In this document: positions 1 to 7,978 of the stretch, one piece after another
Position numbering within the stretch: position 1 is the first letter of the stretch
Layout: each line of letters starts with the position of its first letter
Source: an uncultured Gemmatimonadales bacterium
GTDB lineage: Bacteria; Gemmatimonadota; Gemmatimonadetes; Gemmatimonadales; GWC2-71-9
Length of the DNA: 64,000 bases
Assembly: GCA_963728915.1 (NCBI GenBank)
Contig: CAVSLV010000002.1
Coordinates: forward strand, 160,001-224,000
Direction of reading: 5' to 3'
The notes under the pieces: model-generated
Seen by the model: the letters and a program-made list of their open reading frames with translations, nothing else
Databases searched by the model: none
Told to the model about the DNA's origin: nothing
Translations under genes and position numbers: made by a program

Positions 1-288
1 GTCGGAGAACGCGCCCAGCCCGCAGTTCCGGGCGAGGTACCCCCGCACGAACGCCTGCTGCGAGTTGCGGACGGATATGTCGACCGCGATAGCCGACGAG
101 AACTGCTCGAAATCGGCACCGCCGCAATTCGCGGAGTCGGAGACGACGATGAGATTGGCGGAGGGAGTCTGCACGAGCTTCGCGAAGGCGTTCGTCGCGG
201 CGTTGTGAGTGGAGGTGTCGCCGAGCGTGAGGAAGCCTCCCGACGGAAGCGTTTCCACCGGCGCGCCCACCGCCGTGATCTGCCACAT
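1..288 (-). CDS. Partial hypothetical protein running off the left edge (MWQITAVGAPVETLPSGGFLTLGDTS...)
   Basis: Open minus-strand frame from ATG 288 to the edge with GC-rich third positions; not in the ORF track because no stop lies in the window. Confidence 0.3.
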   Translation of the reverse strand, partial: MWQITAVGAPVETLPSGGFLTLGDTSTHNAATNAFAKLVQTPSANLIVVSDSANCGGADFEQFSSAIAVDISVRNSQQAFVRGYLARNCGLGAFSD

Positions 289-368
289 CCGCAACCCGAC
301 AAGGTGTCGATGGTCGCCGCCGAACCAAAGAGAGTGCTGTCGGCAATGCGCCGTTCACGGTCCTAGCC

Positions 369-731
369 GTGATCGTCGCCAGTACCATTGCGCGCAAGGT
401 ATGGGGCGAGCTTTGGGGCTGGCTGGCAATAATGCTTGTCATGCCGGCGGGGTTGCTTGCGCGACATTGGATTGCGACTGGCTTGCCGAGCGTCGTCGTA
501 CCCAAGTCCGAACTGGAGCCGGTCGATCGACAAGCCGTGGCGCGTGGGTTGGTGCAAGCCAAGGGCCGGCCGGCGATGTGGATCTTGTTCTCTCTCGGCG
601 TGGCCATGGCCGCACTCGGCGGCGCCGTGGCGTTCACGGACGGAGCATGGTACGGCTGGTTACTCCTTCTTATGATGTCGTGGTGCGCAGTGCAACTGTT
701 TCTGATGCTTCAGCGGTCGAAGCCCGCTTGA
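369..731 (+). CDS. Small membrane protein, integron cassette gene
   Basis: Three hydrophobic segments; stop is followed 14 bp later by the attC R'' site GCCTAAC. Confidence 0.6.
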   Translation: MIVASTIARKVWGELWGWLAIMLVMPAGLLARHWIATGLPSVVVPKSELEPVDRQAVARGLVQAKGRPAMWILFSLGVAMAALGGAVAFTDGAWYGWLLLLMMSWCAVQLFLMLQRSKPA

Positions 732-752
732 TCTAGAGAGCTGCGGCCTAAC

Positions 753-1024
753 CCCCTTAAGCAGGATCTTGTCAAGTAGGCGTACGAAGATCGCGCGGTA
801 TAAGCCGCGGGGTTTGCTGAGAGATGAGTGCGGGCGTGGCGCCGTTCGGTATCGATCGTCGACGACCGTCACCGGGTGACGGTCAAACACCCTTCGGGGC
901 TCTACTCCGCTCGCGATGAGGGGAGCGGAGCGCGATCAACCGATCGCGTCCCAGATCTTGACCTCGGCATGACCGTCGGGCTTCCCAATCACGCGCCGGG
1001 ACTCCGCCTCGAGTCCAGTTAGGC
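753..1024 (-). ncRNA. Putative bridge/seek RNA of IS element A
   Basis: 3' non-coding end with several hairpins and a GCCTAAC-stem(GGACTC/GAGTCC)-GCGCGTG motif matching the insertion site; RNA limits unknown. Confidence 0.7.
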
Positions 1025-2035
1025 AGAGGGGCTTGCCCGCCGGGGCCACCGCGCTTGTTTCTGCCGCGTGAGCGGCGTGCCTTTGAACTGCTGGTTGAAG
1101 TCCACTTGGTCGTGCAGCACGACATAAACACTTTTCGCGAGCTCCTTAGCGACCAAGGCTCGAGCGATCCGAATCGGCTTCTTCCGCTTCCAGCGCTGAT
1201 ACCACTGGCGGACTTCGGGGAAATACTGAATCGCGCGGACCGCGGCGTGGCTGAAGACCAGCTTGAGATACCGATTGCCGTCCTTGCTCGCGCGGTGGCG
1301 TTGGTGGCCCCCGGAGTCGGCCGCGCCCGGGACCAGCCGACAATAGGACCAGAAGTGCCGCACGGTGGGAAACCGTTGGATGTCGTCGATCTCGAGCGCG
1401 ACCGTGAAGGCGACGATCCGGCCGATGCCCGGAATCCAGAGGAGGCGTTGGATCGCCGGCGTTTCGAGCAGGTCTCCCTGAATGGCGCGCTCCAACGTGC
1501 GGATCTGTTCGGTGAGGAGCGCGATCTGGCCGAGTTGGAGCTCGGCCTGCAAGAGATAGAGGGGCGGCAGCTCGCCGGGGCCCTGGACGTTGAACTTCTC
1601 GAGCAGTCGGTCCAGACTATTCTTGGCGCGACTCCGACGTTCGACCAGACGAAGTCGGGCGCGTAACACGTCGCGGGGGCCCCGTTGGGACTCGGCGATC
1701 ATGTGGGCCTCGGGGATGAGGCCGGTCCGGAGCAACTGGGCCAGGGTGGTGGAATCGACCGCATCGGTCTTCACTTTGGCGTAGGCGATGGCTTTCAAGA
1801 ACTTCGCATGCGCTAAATGCAGGTCAATGCCCTGGGGCGCCAAGAGGTCTCGGAGCCAGTACCAGCGTCCCGTCGCTTCCACGACGGCCCGATGCGGGCC
1901 AGGAAACTGAGCGAAGTAGGCGGCAATGGTGCCGCGGTCATTGGGCAGAGTGACCTGTCGGAGCCGTTCGCCGTCGGTGGTCAGCGTGGTGAGGACGGAG
2001 CTCGCGCGATGTTGATCGATGCCGGTGTAGAACAC
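1019..2035 (-). CDS. IS110-family transposase/recombinase (DEDD RuvC-like + Transposase_20 domain)
   Basis: Motifs GIDQH, VEATG, KTDAVDS, IPGIG and LVPGAADSGG (conserved Ser). Confidence 0.95.
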   Translation of the reverse strand: MFYTGIDQHRASSVLTTLTTDGERLRQVTLPNDRGTIAAYFAQFPGPHRAVVEATGRWYWLRDLLAPQGIDLHLAHAKFLKAIAYAKVKTDAVDSTTLAQLLRTGLIPEAHMIAESQRGPRDVLRARLRLVERRSRAKNSLDRLLEKFNVQGPGELPPLYLLQAELQLGQIALLTEQIRTLERAIQGDLLETPAIQRLLWIPGIGRIVAFTVALEIDDIQRFPTVRHFWSYCRLVPGAADSGGHQRHRASKDGNRYLKLVFSHAAVRAIQYFPEVRQWYQRWKRKKPIRIARALVAKELAKSVYVVLHDQVDFNQQFKGTPLTRQKQARWPRRASPSA

Positions 2036-2198
2036 GGAAGGCTCCAGGCGATGATCGATGATCCTAACCCGATCCGCTTGGAAACATCACGCGCTTGGAG
2101 CCGCCGAGGGCGTGGGCGCGACAGCAGCCGCACAGTATATTGGACCCGCGAGGCTGTGCGGCTGCTGCCGCACGCCCTCGCAGCTCAAGCGCAGGGCG

Positions 2199-2531
2199 TT
2201 AGGCAGCTACGCGAGTTGAACGATGTTGAAGGGCTTTACCCACATCGGCTGGGGTTGCTCCAAGGGTGACCAGGGCCTTCATGAGTAGGTCGATCGACAC
2301 CGAGCGATCTCCCGCTTCCATCTTCGCGACCCGTGACTGGCTGGACCCCAGCCGCTTGGCCACCGTCACCTGAGACAGGTGAAGGGCCTGCCGGCGCGCT
2401 CGCAGGGCTTGGCTCAACCGCAGTTTCATCTCCACCAGGGCCGCCTCTTCAGATGAAAGCCCGAGAAAGTCTGCCGCGGATCCAACACGCCAGCCATGGG
2501 CCTCCAGTTTGCTTTGTCTATGCTTCTCCAT
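2199..2531 (-). CDS. XRE/HigA-like HTH antitoxin
   Basis: HTH motif LSQVTVAKRLGSSQSRVAKMEAG; lies downstream of a RelE-like toxin; stop codon inside the attC R' site. Confidence 0.88.
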   Translation of the reverse strand: MEKHRQSKLEAHGWRVGSAADFLGLSSEEAALVEMKLRLSQALRARRQALHLSQVTVAKRLGSSQSRVAKMEAGDRSVSIDLLMKALVTLGATPADVGKALQHRSTRVAA

Positions 2532-2534
2532 GCG

Positions 2535-2879
2535 TCAGTCCTCCTTCCTGGCTCGATCGTAGGCCCTCAGTCGTCGTTGGCACGTCTCGATCACCGCCTG
2601 AGGCATTGCCGCGGTCTTCTTACTAAAGACTTCCAGGATCACGACGGCGTCCGAGTCGAGCCGATACACAAGGCGCCACGTCGCTCTTGCGTCCGGGATT
2701 CGAAGCTCATGGCACCGCGGCCCGATTGAAGGCATCGGCCGGGAATGCGGCATGGCGAGCCTCTCCCCGGTTTGCAAGCGTCGCAGCAGGACCCCGGCTT
2801 CGATCCGGGCCTCCGCCGAGAATGGTGGGGTTTTGATCTCACCATGCAACCACACGAGCGGCTTGTCGCCTAGAGCCAT
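2535..2879 (-). CDS. RelE/HigB-like (Gp49-type) toxin
   Basis: Motifs PHSRPMPSIGPRCHELR, WRLVYR and VFSKKT; toxin-first TA order. Confidence 0.88.
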   Translation of the reverse strand: MALGDKPLVWLHGEIKTPPFSAEARIEAGVLLRRLQTGERLAMPHSRPMPSIGPRCHELRIPDARATWRLVYRLDSDAVVILEVFSKKTAAMPQAVIETCQRRLRAYDRARKED

Positions 2880-2884
2880 CAAGC

Positions 2885-2913
2885 AAGATATGTCATATCT
2901 GACATATGCGCAA
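2885..2913 (-). promoter_or_regulatory. Sigma70-type promoter TTGCGC-17-TATCTT with palindromic operator ATATGTCA-N4-TGACATAT (2888-2907)
   Basis: Exact 17-bp spacing; perfect 8-bp inverted repeat fills the spacer; -10 lies 5 nt before the toxin ATG. Confidence 0.75.
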
Positions 2914-2919
2914 GTAGCT

Positions 2920-2940
2920 GCCTAACCAGCGCTTGCTGCG
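2920..2940 (+). repeat. attC: Truncated attC (R''-L'' half only)
   Basis: GCCTAACCAGCGCTTGCTGC with no matching L'/R' half before the next attC. Confidence 0.7.
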
Positions 2941-3108
2941 GCCCAGGACGACGGACTTGTGGGCCGAATCCGGGACCGCTACAAGGATCATACCCAGGAT
3001 ACAGGCAACATGAGGATCGTCAGTATCCGTCCAAGGCGGTCACGATCGACAACGCCTTGACCACAGCACCGAAGGGTTCGACGACAATCCATGACACTCT
3101 TACGCGCG

Positions 3109-3231
3109 GCATAACCCGCGCTTGGAGCCGCCGAGGGCGTCGGCGCGGCAGCAGCCGCACGGTATTTTGAATCTGCGAGGCAGTGCGGCTGCTGCCGTAC
3201 GCCCTCGCAGCTCAAGCGCAGAGCGTTATGC
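3109..3231 (+). repeat. attC: attC site
   Basis: GCATAAC-CCGCGCTTGGAGC...GCTCAAGCGCAGAGC-GTTATGC with internal arms GCAGCAGCCGCAC/GTGCGGCTGCTGC. Confidence 0.93.
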
Positions 3232-3257
3232 CGCCGGGATCCCTCCGAGTTCCAGTC

Positions 3258-3286
3258 TTGCGACTACTACGCCAATGGCTTAGTTT
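3258..3286 (+). promoter_or_regulatory. Putative promoter TTGCGA-17-TAGTTT of the second TA cassette
   Basis: 17-bp spacing; -10 lies 5 nt before ATG 3292; no SD sequence. Confidence 0.55.
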
Positions 3287-3291
3287 AGACA

Positions 3292-3609
3292 ATGCGCTTC
3301 GTCGAGACACCGGTATTCACCGCGGTCTTACGCCGACATCTCGAGGACGAGCAGTACCGGGCCTTACAGGTCTCCCTCGTCCTGCGACCGGAACAAGGTC
3401 CGCTGATCAAACGAGGAGCCGGCAGCCGCAAACTGCGGTGGCAGGCAACGGGTCGCGGGAAGCGTGGTGGGCTTCGAGTCATCTATTACTGGGCCGCTGA
3501 GGAAGAGCTTTTCTACATGCTCTATCTCTACGCCAAGAACGAGCAAGGCGACCTTACCCAGAATCAGATTCGCCAACTCGCCAGCCTTATTCGAAGGGAG
3601 TTCAAATGA
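3292..3609 (+). CDS. RelE/HigB2-like toxin
   Basis: Motifs FVETPVF, RKLRW...GKRGGLRVIYY and LYAKNEQGDLT. Confidence 0.9.
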   Translation: MRFVETPVFTAVLRRHLEDEQYRALQVSLVLRPEQGPLIKRGAGSRKLRWQATGRGKRGGLRVIYYWAAEEELFYMLYLYAKNEQGDLTQNQIRQLASLIRREFK

Positions 3610-3917
3610 AGGCCGCCGCATTCCGAGAGCTGCTCAAGAGTGTCAAACAGGCCGGTCAGATCCGCCGGGGTGAGTTGAAGCCGACTCGGGTCACGACGTT
3701 CAAGCCTCAGGACGTGAAGGCTGTGCGCACCGGGCTCGGTCAGACTCAGGAGGAATTTGCTCTCATGATCGGGGTCAGCGTTGCAACCCTCAGGAATTGG
3801 GAGCAGGGTCGACGGCATCCGGAAGGACCCGCGCTGGCTCTGCTTCGAGTGACCGCAAAGAACCCCAAGGCGGTCGCGGCTGCCCTCCACCGGAGTCCAG
3901 GACAAAGCGCGGCATAA
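3606..3917 (+). CDS. HigA2-like HTH antitoxin
   Basis: QEEFALMIGVSVATLRNWEQGRRHPEGPA; ATGA overlap with the toxin; stop inside attC R''. Confidence 0.9.
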   Translation: MKAAAFRELLKSVKQAGQIRRGELKPTRVTTFKPQDVKAVRTGLGQTQEEFALMIGVSVATLRNWEQGRRHPEGPALALLRVTAKNPKAVAAALHRSPGQSAA

Positions 3918-4032
3918 CCCGCGCTTGCAGCAGACCGGGGCGGAAGCGCGACGCAGCCGCGCGGGATATCTTCAGACCCGGATCGCGCGGCTGCGCCGCC
4001 CGCCCCGGCTGCTCAAGCGCAGAGCGTTAGAT
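3912..4032 (+). repeat. attC: attC site
   Basis: GCATAAC...GTTAGAT, same repeat family as 3109-3231. Confidence 0.93.
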
Positions 4033-4061
4033 AGCCACACACATTGGGGCACTTAGAGCTC

Positions 4062-4817
4062 ATGAGGCGCGGCTTTCCTATCACGCACGCGGCGCGGGTC
4101 GTGCTCTTGTTTCTCGCCCTGACCGCCTGCGATCCACCGGTGCCGAGGGATGGGGTCCCGATTCTTCTGTTCATTGGCAACGGAACGTCGCCCGGGGACG
4201 TGGCGGCAGTCGAGCGCATCCTCGACCACAACCATCTTGAATACGCCACCGCGACGTCCCGGCAGCTGAACCGCATGCGCGCGTCCCAGCTCATGGCCTA
4301 CCGCCTGGTAATCGTTCCCGGCGGAGACTTCATCGACATGAGCGCTAGTCTCACGCCTCGCACGACAGCGGGTATTCACGCCGCGGTGCAGGGTGGCGTA
4401 AACTATCTCGGCATCTGCGCCGGAGCGTTCCTCGCCGGCGATGGGCGTGGCTATTACAACAGTTTTGATCTTACCTCGGGCGTGCGATTCGGCTTCTACG
4501 GGGCCGAAGGCCGAGGGATCCGGAAGGCCGCCGTCGAGATTACCGGCGTGAACGCCCCTCCGATGGAGCATTACTGGGAGGATGGTCCCGAGCTCACGGG
4601 CTGGGGCACGGTGGTCGGGAAGTATCCCGATGGGACGCCCGCCGTGGTCGAAGGGACCTCGGGCCAAGGATGGGTGATCCTGGCTGGCGTTCATCCTGAG
4701 GCCCCCGAGACGTGGCGGCGCGGACTGACCTTCACGACGCCAGCAACTGTCGCGAATGCCTATGCCGGAACGCTCGTGCAGGCGGCGTTGACCCGAACAT
4801 GGCTTCCGCACTACTGA
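4062..4817 (+). CDS. Lipoprotein with BPL-N / class I glutamine amidotransferase-like domain
   Basis: Lipobox LTAC; motifs VPGG, YLGICAGAFLA and GVHPE. Confidence 0.8.
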   Translation: MRRGFPITHAARVVLLFLALTACDPPVPRDGVPILLFIGNGTSPGDVAAVERILDHNHLEYATATSRQLNRMRASQLMAYRLVIVPGGDFIDMSASLTPRTTAGIHAAVQGGVNYLGICAGAFLAGDGRGYYNSFDLTSGVRFGFYGAEGRGIRKAAVEITGVNAPPMEHYWEDGPELTGWGTVVGKYPDGTPAVVEGTSGQGWVILAGVHPEAPETWRRGLTFTTPATVANAYAGTLVQAALTRTWLPHY

Positions 4818-4885
4818 TCGACGTCGAGATTGTCCTCTGAGTGTACTGGCCCTGAGCTCTACAAGATGGGCTCCGAGTGACGGCT

Positions 4886-5005
4886 ATCTAACCCGCGCTT
4901 GCTGCTGGCGGGGCGTGAGCGCGGCGGCAGCCGCGCGAATAGATTCTCCTGTGGGACGCGCGGCTGCCGCCGCACGCCCCGCAGCAGAAGCGCAGGTCGT
5001 TATGC
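4886..5005 (+). repeat. attC: attC site
   Basis: ATCTAAC...GCAGGTC-GTTATGC. Confidence 0.92.
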
Positions 5006-5056
5006 GCACTTGGTCCTGGGTCTTAGCCACTAAGACCGGCTTGATGGTGAGGGACA

Positions 5057-5461
5057 ATGAACTCGGATTCCACGCTGCAGATCTCCGTCATGCTCGCAGT
5101 CGATGACGCCCCTGCCGCCCTTACATGGTACAAGCAGGCCTTGGGCGCCAAGGAATTATGGAACCTCGGTTCCGTCATCGGCATGGAAATCAATGGGGCG
5201 CCCGTCTTCCTCGGCGAGCCGGCGAACAATGGCTGGGAGTTACCAACGAAGCTCGGCGCTCCATCGGTGAGGATTGAGGTGTTCTGCGACGATCCCGACA
5301 CCTTCATCGCTCGCGCTCTGGCGGCCGGTGCAGACGGGAAGGACGATCACATTCGCAATCACGAGATGCCTTGGGGACTGCACCGGCAAGGGAGCTTCGT
5401 CGACCCCTTCGGCCACAAGTGGCTGGTTGGTGACAAGTCCCCCTTGACTCGACACCCGTGA
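5057..5461 (+). CDS. VOC/glyoxalase (PhnB-like) protein
   Basis: Motifs WYKQALGA and PWG...GSFVDPFGHKW. Confidence 0.88.
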   Translation: MNSDSTLQISVMLAVDDAPAALTWYKQALGAKELWNLGSVIGMEINGAPVFLGEPANNGWELPTKLGAPSVRIEVFCDDPDTFIARALAAGADGKDDHIRNHEMPWGLHRQGSFVDPFGHKWLVGDKSPLTRHP

Positions 5462-5595
5462 GCAACCGCGCCGTCCGTTTCCACCGCTCTGCTAGCCTCA
5501 GCATTGCTCAGGGCTCGACGTTGTCCATCGGTCGACACAGATTCGGGTGTCCTGAACTCAACGCACTCGACCGGACCCCAATGTACAGTGGGGGC

Positions 5596-5712
5596 GCCTA
5601 ACCCGCGCTTGGAGCAGACCGGGGCGTCAGCGCGTCGCAGCCGCGCGGAGTCTTGTTTGCTGCCTGGATCGCGCGGCTGCCGCACGCCCTCGCAGCTCAA
5701 GCGCAGAGCGTT
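5596..5712 (+). repeat. attC: attC site interrupted at the R' GTT core by IS element B1 (core restored at 7259-7265)
   Basis: GCCTAAC...GCAGAGCGTT then IS sequence; GCGTTAGGC reappears at the far IS end. Confidence 0.9.
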
Positions 5713-6114
5713 CTATGAGAGCGATTGTCAAGGACACACGCTCTCGCTCCTGATCGCGACGGCGCTTTTTCCGTGGCAATCCGCCCCGCTCGTTGCTTCG
5801 GTCTCGAGCGCTGGCGTGCCTGGCCCCGCGGGGCAGTCCGCTTCCGCATCGGTTCCTCCTCCGAGCTTCTCCCAATCCCTGATGGAACGCTCTCAGCGCG
5901 GGGATCCCAGGACCGCAGACCATGGTTCTAGCGGAGACTCGGCCCACCGGCCGGCCTGACGCTTCTTCGGGTCTTGCGAGGGGGCCTACAGTTAGGCGAG
6001 TGCCTCGGCTGACTGCGACCGGGCCGACGCTCTGCTTGAGACTGCCCCCCGCACCCCGGTCCGGGCATCGGGAGTCACGGGCGAAGGTCCCGGCCTACGC
6101 CACCGACTCCCGGA
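5713..6114 (-). ncRNA. Putative bridge/seek RNA of IS element B1
   Basis: ~400-bp 3' non-coding end with blocks conserved in B2; contains guide-like GCAGAGCGT and CGCCTAAC flanking a stem. Confidence 0.7.
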
Positions 6115-7179
6115 CTAGTGCGCTTGGCGCGTCAGTTGAGCTGGATCGTAGCGCTCCCCTTTCTTCCACAGCCGCAGCGTGAGGGCGGCGAGCTTGCGGG
6201 TCAGGGTGACCCGGGCCAACTCGTCGCGCATGCCGCGCTTGACCATCCCCTGATAGAAGTCCTGCAGCGGGCCGGGACGCGCCGTCGCGGCGGTTGCCGC
6301 TCCCTTGAACACGTCTTTCACCACGCGATTGTGATTCCGATTGAGCCCGCGGGTCAACGCCGCCCGCCGGCGCCGGACCACTTGGCCGTGCCGCAGCTCG
6401 TGCTCGGCGCTCGAGCGGGTAACCACCGCTACCCCGGCATACGCCCAGAGGTGGCGCTTGGTCCGAAACCGCCACGGCGTCTGCAGCGTGGCGAGCAGCA
6501 GCGCCACCCGGACCGGTCCCAAATAGGGAATGGTGCGGAGCATCGACCACGCCGAATCCCGCCGTGCCTCGGCGAGCAGGGCCGCTTTGGCCCGGGGGCG
6601 CAGGGCCAGGAGGACATCGAGTTCGGTATATAAGGTCTCGGCCCGGAAGCGCACGCCCGGATCGGGCAGCTGCGCGAGCCAGCCCGAGCGGTAGACCGGC
6701 TGGTAGACCCGTGTCCCGGGAGTCGGGATGGCCCGGGCCCGAAAGAGCGCCTTGAGCCGGAGCATGACCCGGGTGGTGTCCTCGACCAGGTTGCGGTAGG
6801 TGCGGCTGAGCTCCTGGAGGGTGACCCGGTGCGGACTCCCGTGATAGACGGCGCGGAGCTCGCCCCGCCACAGCTGGGCCGACAACTGATCGGCATCGAC
6901 CCGATCGCCTTTGTTCCCCCGGCGTTTCTCCCCATGGCGGTCGCAGACCACGACCCGCTGCACGAGGGGCACCAGCAGATCGTGGAGCCACGGGGCCTGG
7001 GTCCCTTCTTCGAAGGCCACATGGACCGTGCCCCGCATGCTGCGGAAGAACTCGGTGAGCACCCGGCCCTCGGTTGGAAGGACCGTCCGGGCGATCACCT
7101 GGCCAGTCTCGGTGCGAACCGAGGCCTGGGTAGTTGCCTGATGCACATCGAGCGCCGCATACTTCGTAGCGTAGGTCAT
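6115..7179 (-). CDS. IS110-family transposase/recombinase
   Basis: Motifs ALDVHQ, FEEG, KGDRVDA, IPYLGP and YAGVAVVTRSSA; GGAG SD upstream of ATG 7179. Confidence 0.93.
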   Translation of the reverse strand: MTYATKYAALDVHQATTQASVRTETGQVIARTVLPTEGRVLTEFFRSMRGTVHVAFEEGTQAPWLHDLLVPLVQRVVVCDRHGEKRRGNKGDRVDADQLSAQLWRGELRAVYHGSPHRVTLQELSRTYRNLVEDTTRVMLRLKALFRARAIPTPGTRVYQPVYRSGWLAQLPDPGVRFRAETLYTELDVLLALRPRAKAALLAEARRDSAWSMLRTIPYLGPVRVALLLATLQTPWRFRTKRHLWAYAGVAVVTRSSAEHELRHGQVVRRRRAALTRGLNRNHNRVVKDVFKGAATAATARPGPLQDFYQGMVKRGMRDELARVTLTRKLAALTLRLWKKGERYDPAQLTRQAH

Positions 7180-7386
7180 GAGAGCCGCTCCTGGGGACTG
7201 AGGTCCATGAGTCAGGGGTGACTGCATGGTAGCCCCAAGGGGCGTGCTCTCAACATGCGTTAGGCGGCCGCGTGAAGGTCATCTCCGTGGCAAGGCCACA
7301 TCCACGGACATCGAACGCGTATCGTGGCGGTTTCGACATCGCCTCGCAGTTTTGCGAACTAGACAGACGCCCTGGAGGCCGCGACC

Positions 7387-7968
7387 ATGATTCGAGCCAT
7401 CGGCACTTTGACCGCGACGCTGTGCGTTGCGACGACCATTTGTCTGGGACAGTCGCCCCCACCCGCGTCCGAAATGGTGAGCCTCACCAAGGCGCTCGCG
7501 GGAACATGGTCGGCGACGTACACCTTCATTCCTGAGTCACCCGCCACCGACAGCACCGCGCGCGGGGAAGTGACCTGGGAGTCTGGGCCAGGTGGGTTCA
7601 CGCTCCTCGAGAAAGAGCACGTGTCGAGGGTATTCGGCGAACAGTTCCTACTCCTTATCGTGTGGTGGAACGATAGCACGCACATTTTCCGGGGTATGCT
7701 GTGCAGCAACTCGGGTGTCGAGGCATGTGATGTGACCTCGTACGCCAATTCGGCCTTGTCATGGGATGGCAAGACGTTCATGCTCGACTTTCCGTTCACT
7801 GAAGGCAGCAGAAAGATGCGGTGGCACGGAGTCTGGTCCGACATCGCTGCAACCTCCTACACGGAAACGGGGGACGTGGGCGAAGCGGGTGGCACATTGA
7901 AGCGAGTGTTGACGATTCATGCGACACGCATCGCGCTGACGTCGCGCGATTCATCGCCAGCACACTGA
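7387..7968 (+). CDS. Secreted hypothetical protein (DUF1579-like beta-barrel), cassette gene
   Basis: GGAGG SD, signal peptide, LAGTW motif. Confidence 0.65.
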   Translation: MIRAIGTLTATLCVATTICLGQSPPPASEMVSLTKALAGTWSATYTFIPESPATDSTARGEVTWESGPGGFTLLEKEHVSRVFGEQFLLLIVWWNDSTHIFRGMLCSNSGVEACDVTSYANSALSWDGKTFMLDFPFTEGSRKMRWHGVWSDIAATSYTETGDVGEAGGTLKRVLTIHATRIALTSRDSSPAH

Positions 7969-7978
7969 GATTCGGCGG

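Larger units (their letters stand above)
753..2088 (-). mobile_element. IS110/IS1111-type element A inserted next to attC R''
   Basis: Interrupts attC. Sub-terminal imperfect IRs AAGCAGGATC/GATCCGCTT, short 5' and long 3' non-coding ends. Joining the ends creates TTGACA-17bp-GATGTT. Confidence 0.88.
746..2204 (+). repeat. attC: attC site split by IS110 element A (R'' GCCTAAC 746-752; remainder 2089-2204 ending GTTAGGC)
   Basis: Joining 746-752 to 2089-2204 gives a site nearly identical to the intact attC at 3109-3231. Confidence 0.9.
5713..7261 (-). mobile_element. IS110/IS1111-type element B1 inserted at attC R'
   Basis: Sub-terminal IRs TGAGAGC (5716-5722)/GCTCTCA (7246-7252); GCGTT at both junctions; ends identical to copy B2. 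Confidence 0.92.

Noticed and set aside
2063..2081. attC-like CCTAACCCGATCCGCTTGG inside the IS A 5' end as a decoy or second target
   Set aside because: GATCCGCTT is explained by the sub-terminal inverted repeat; the remaining short match could be chance
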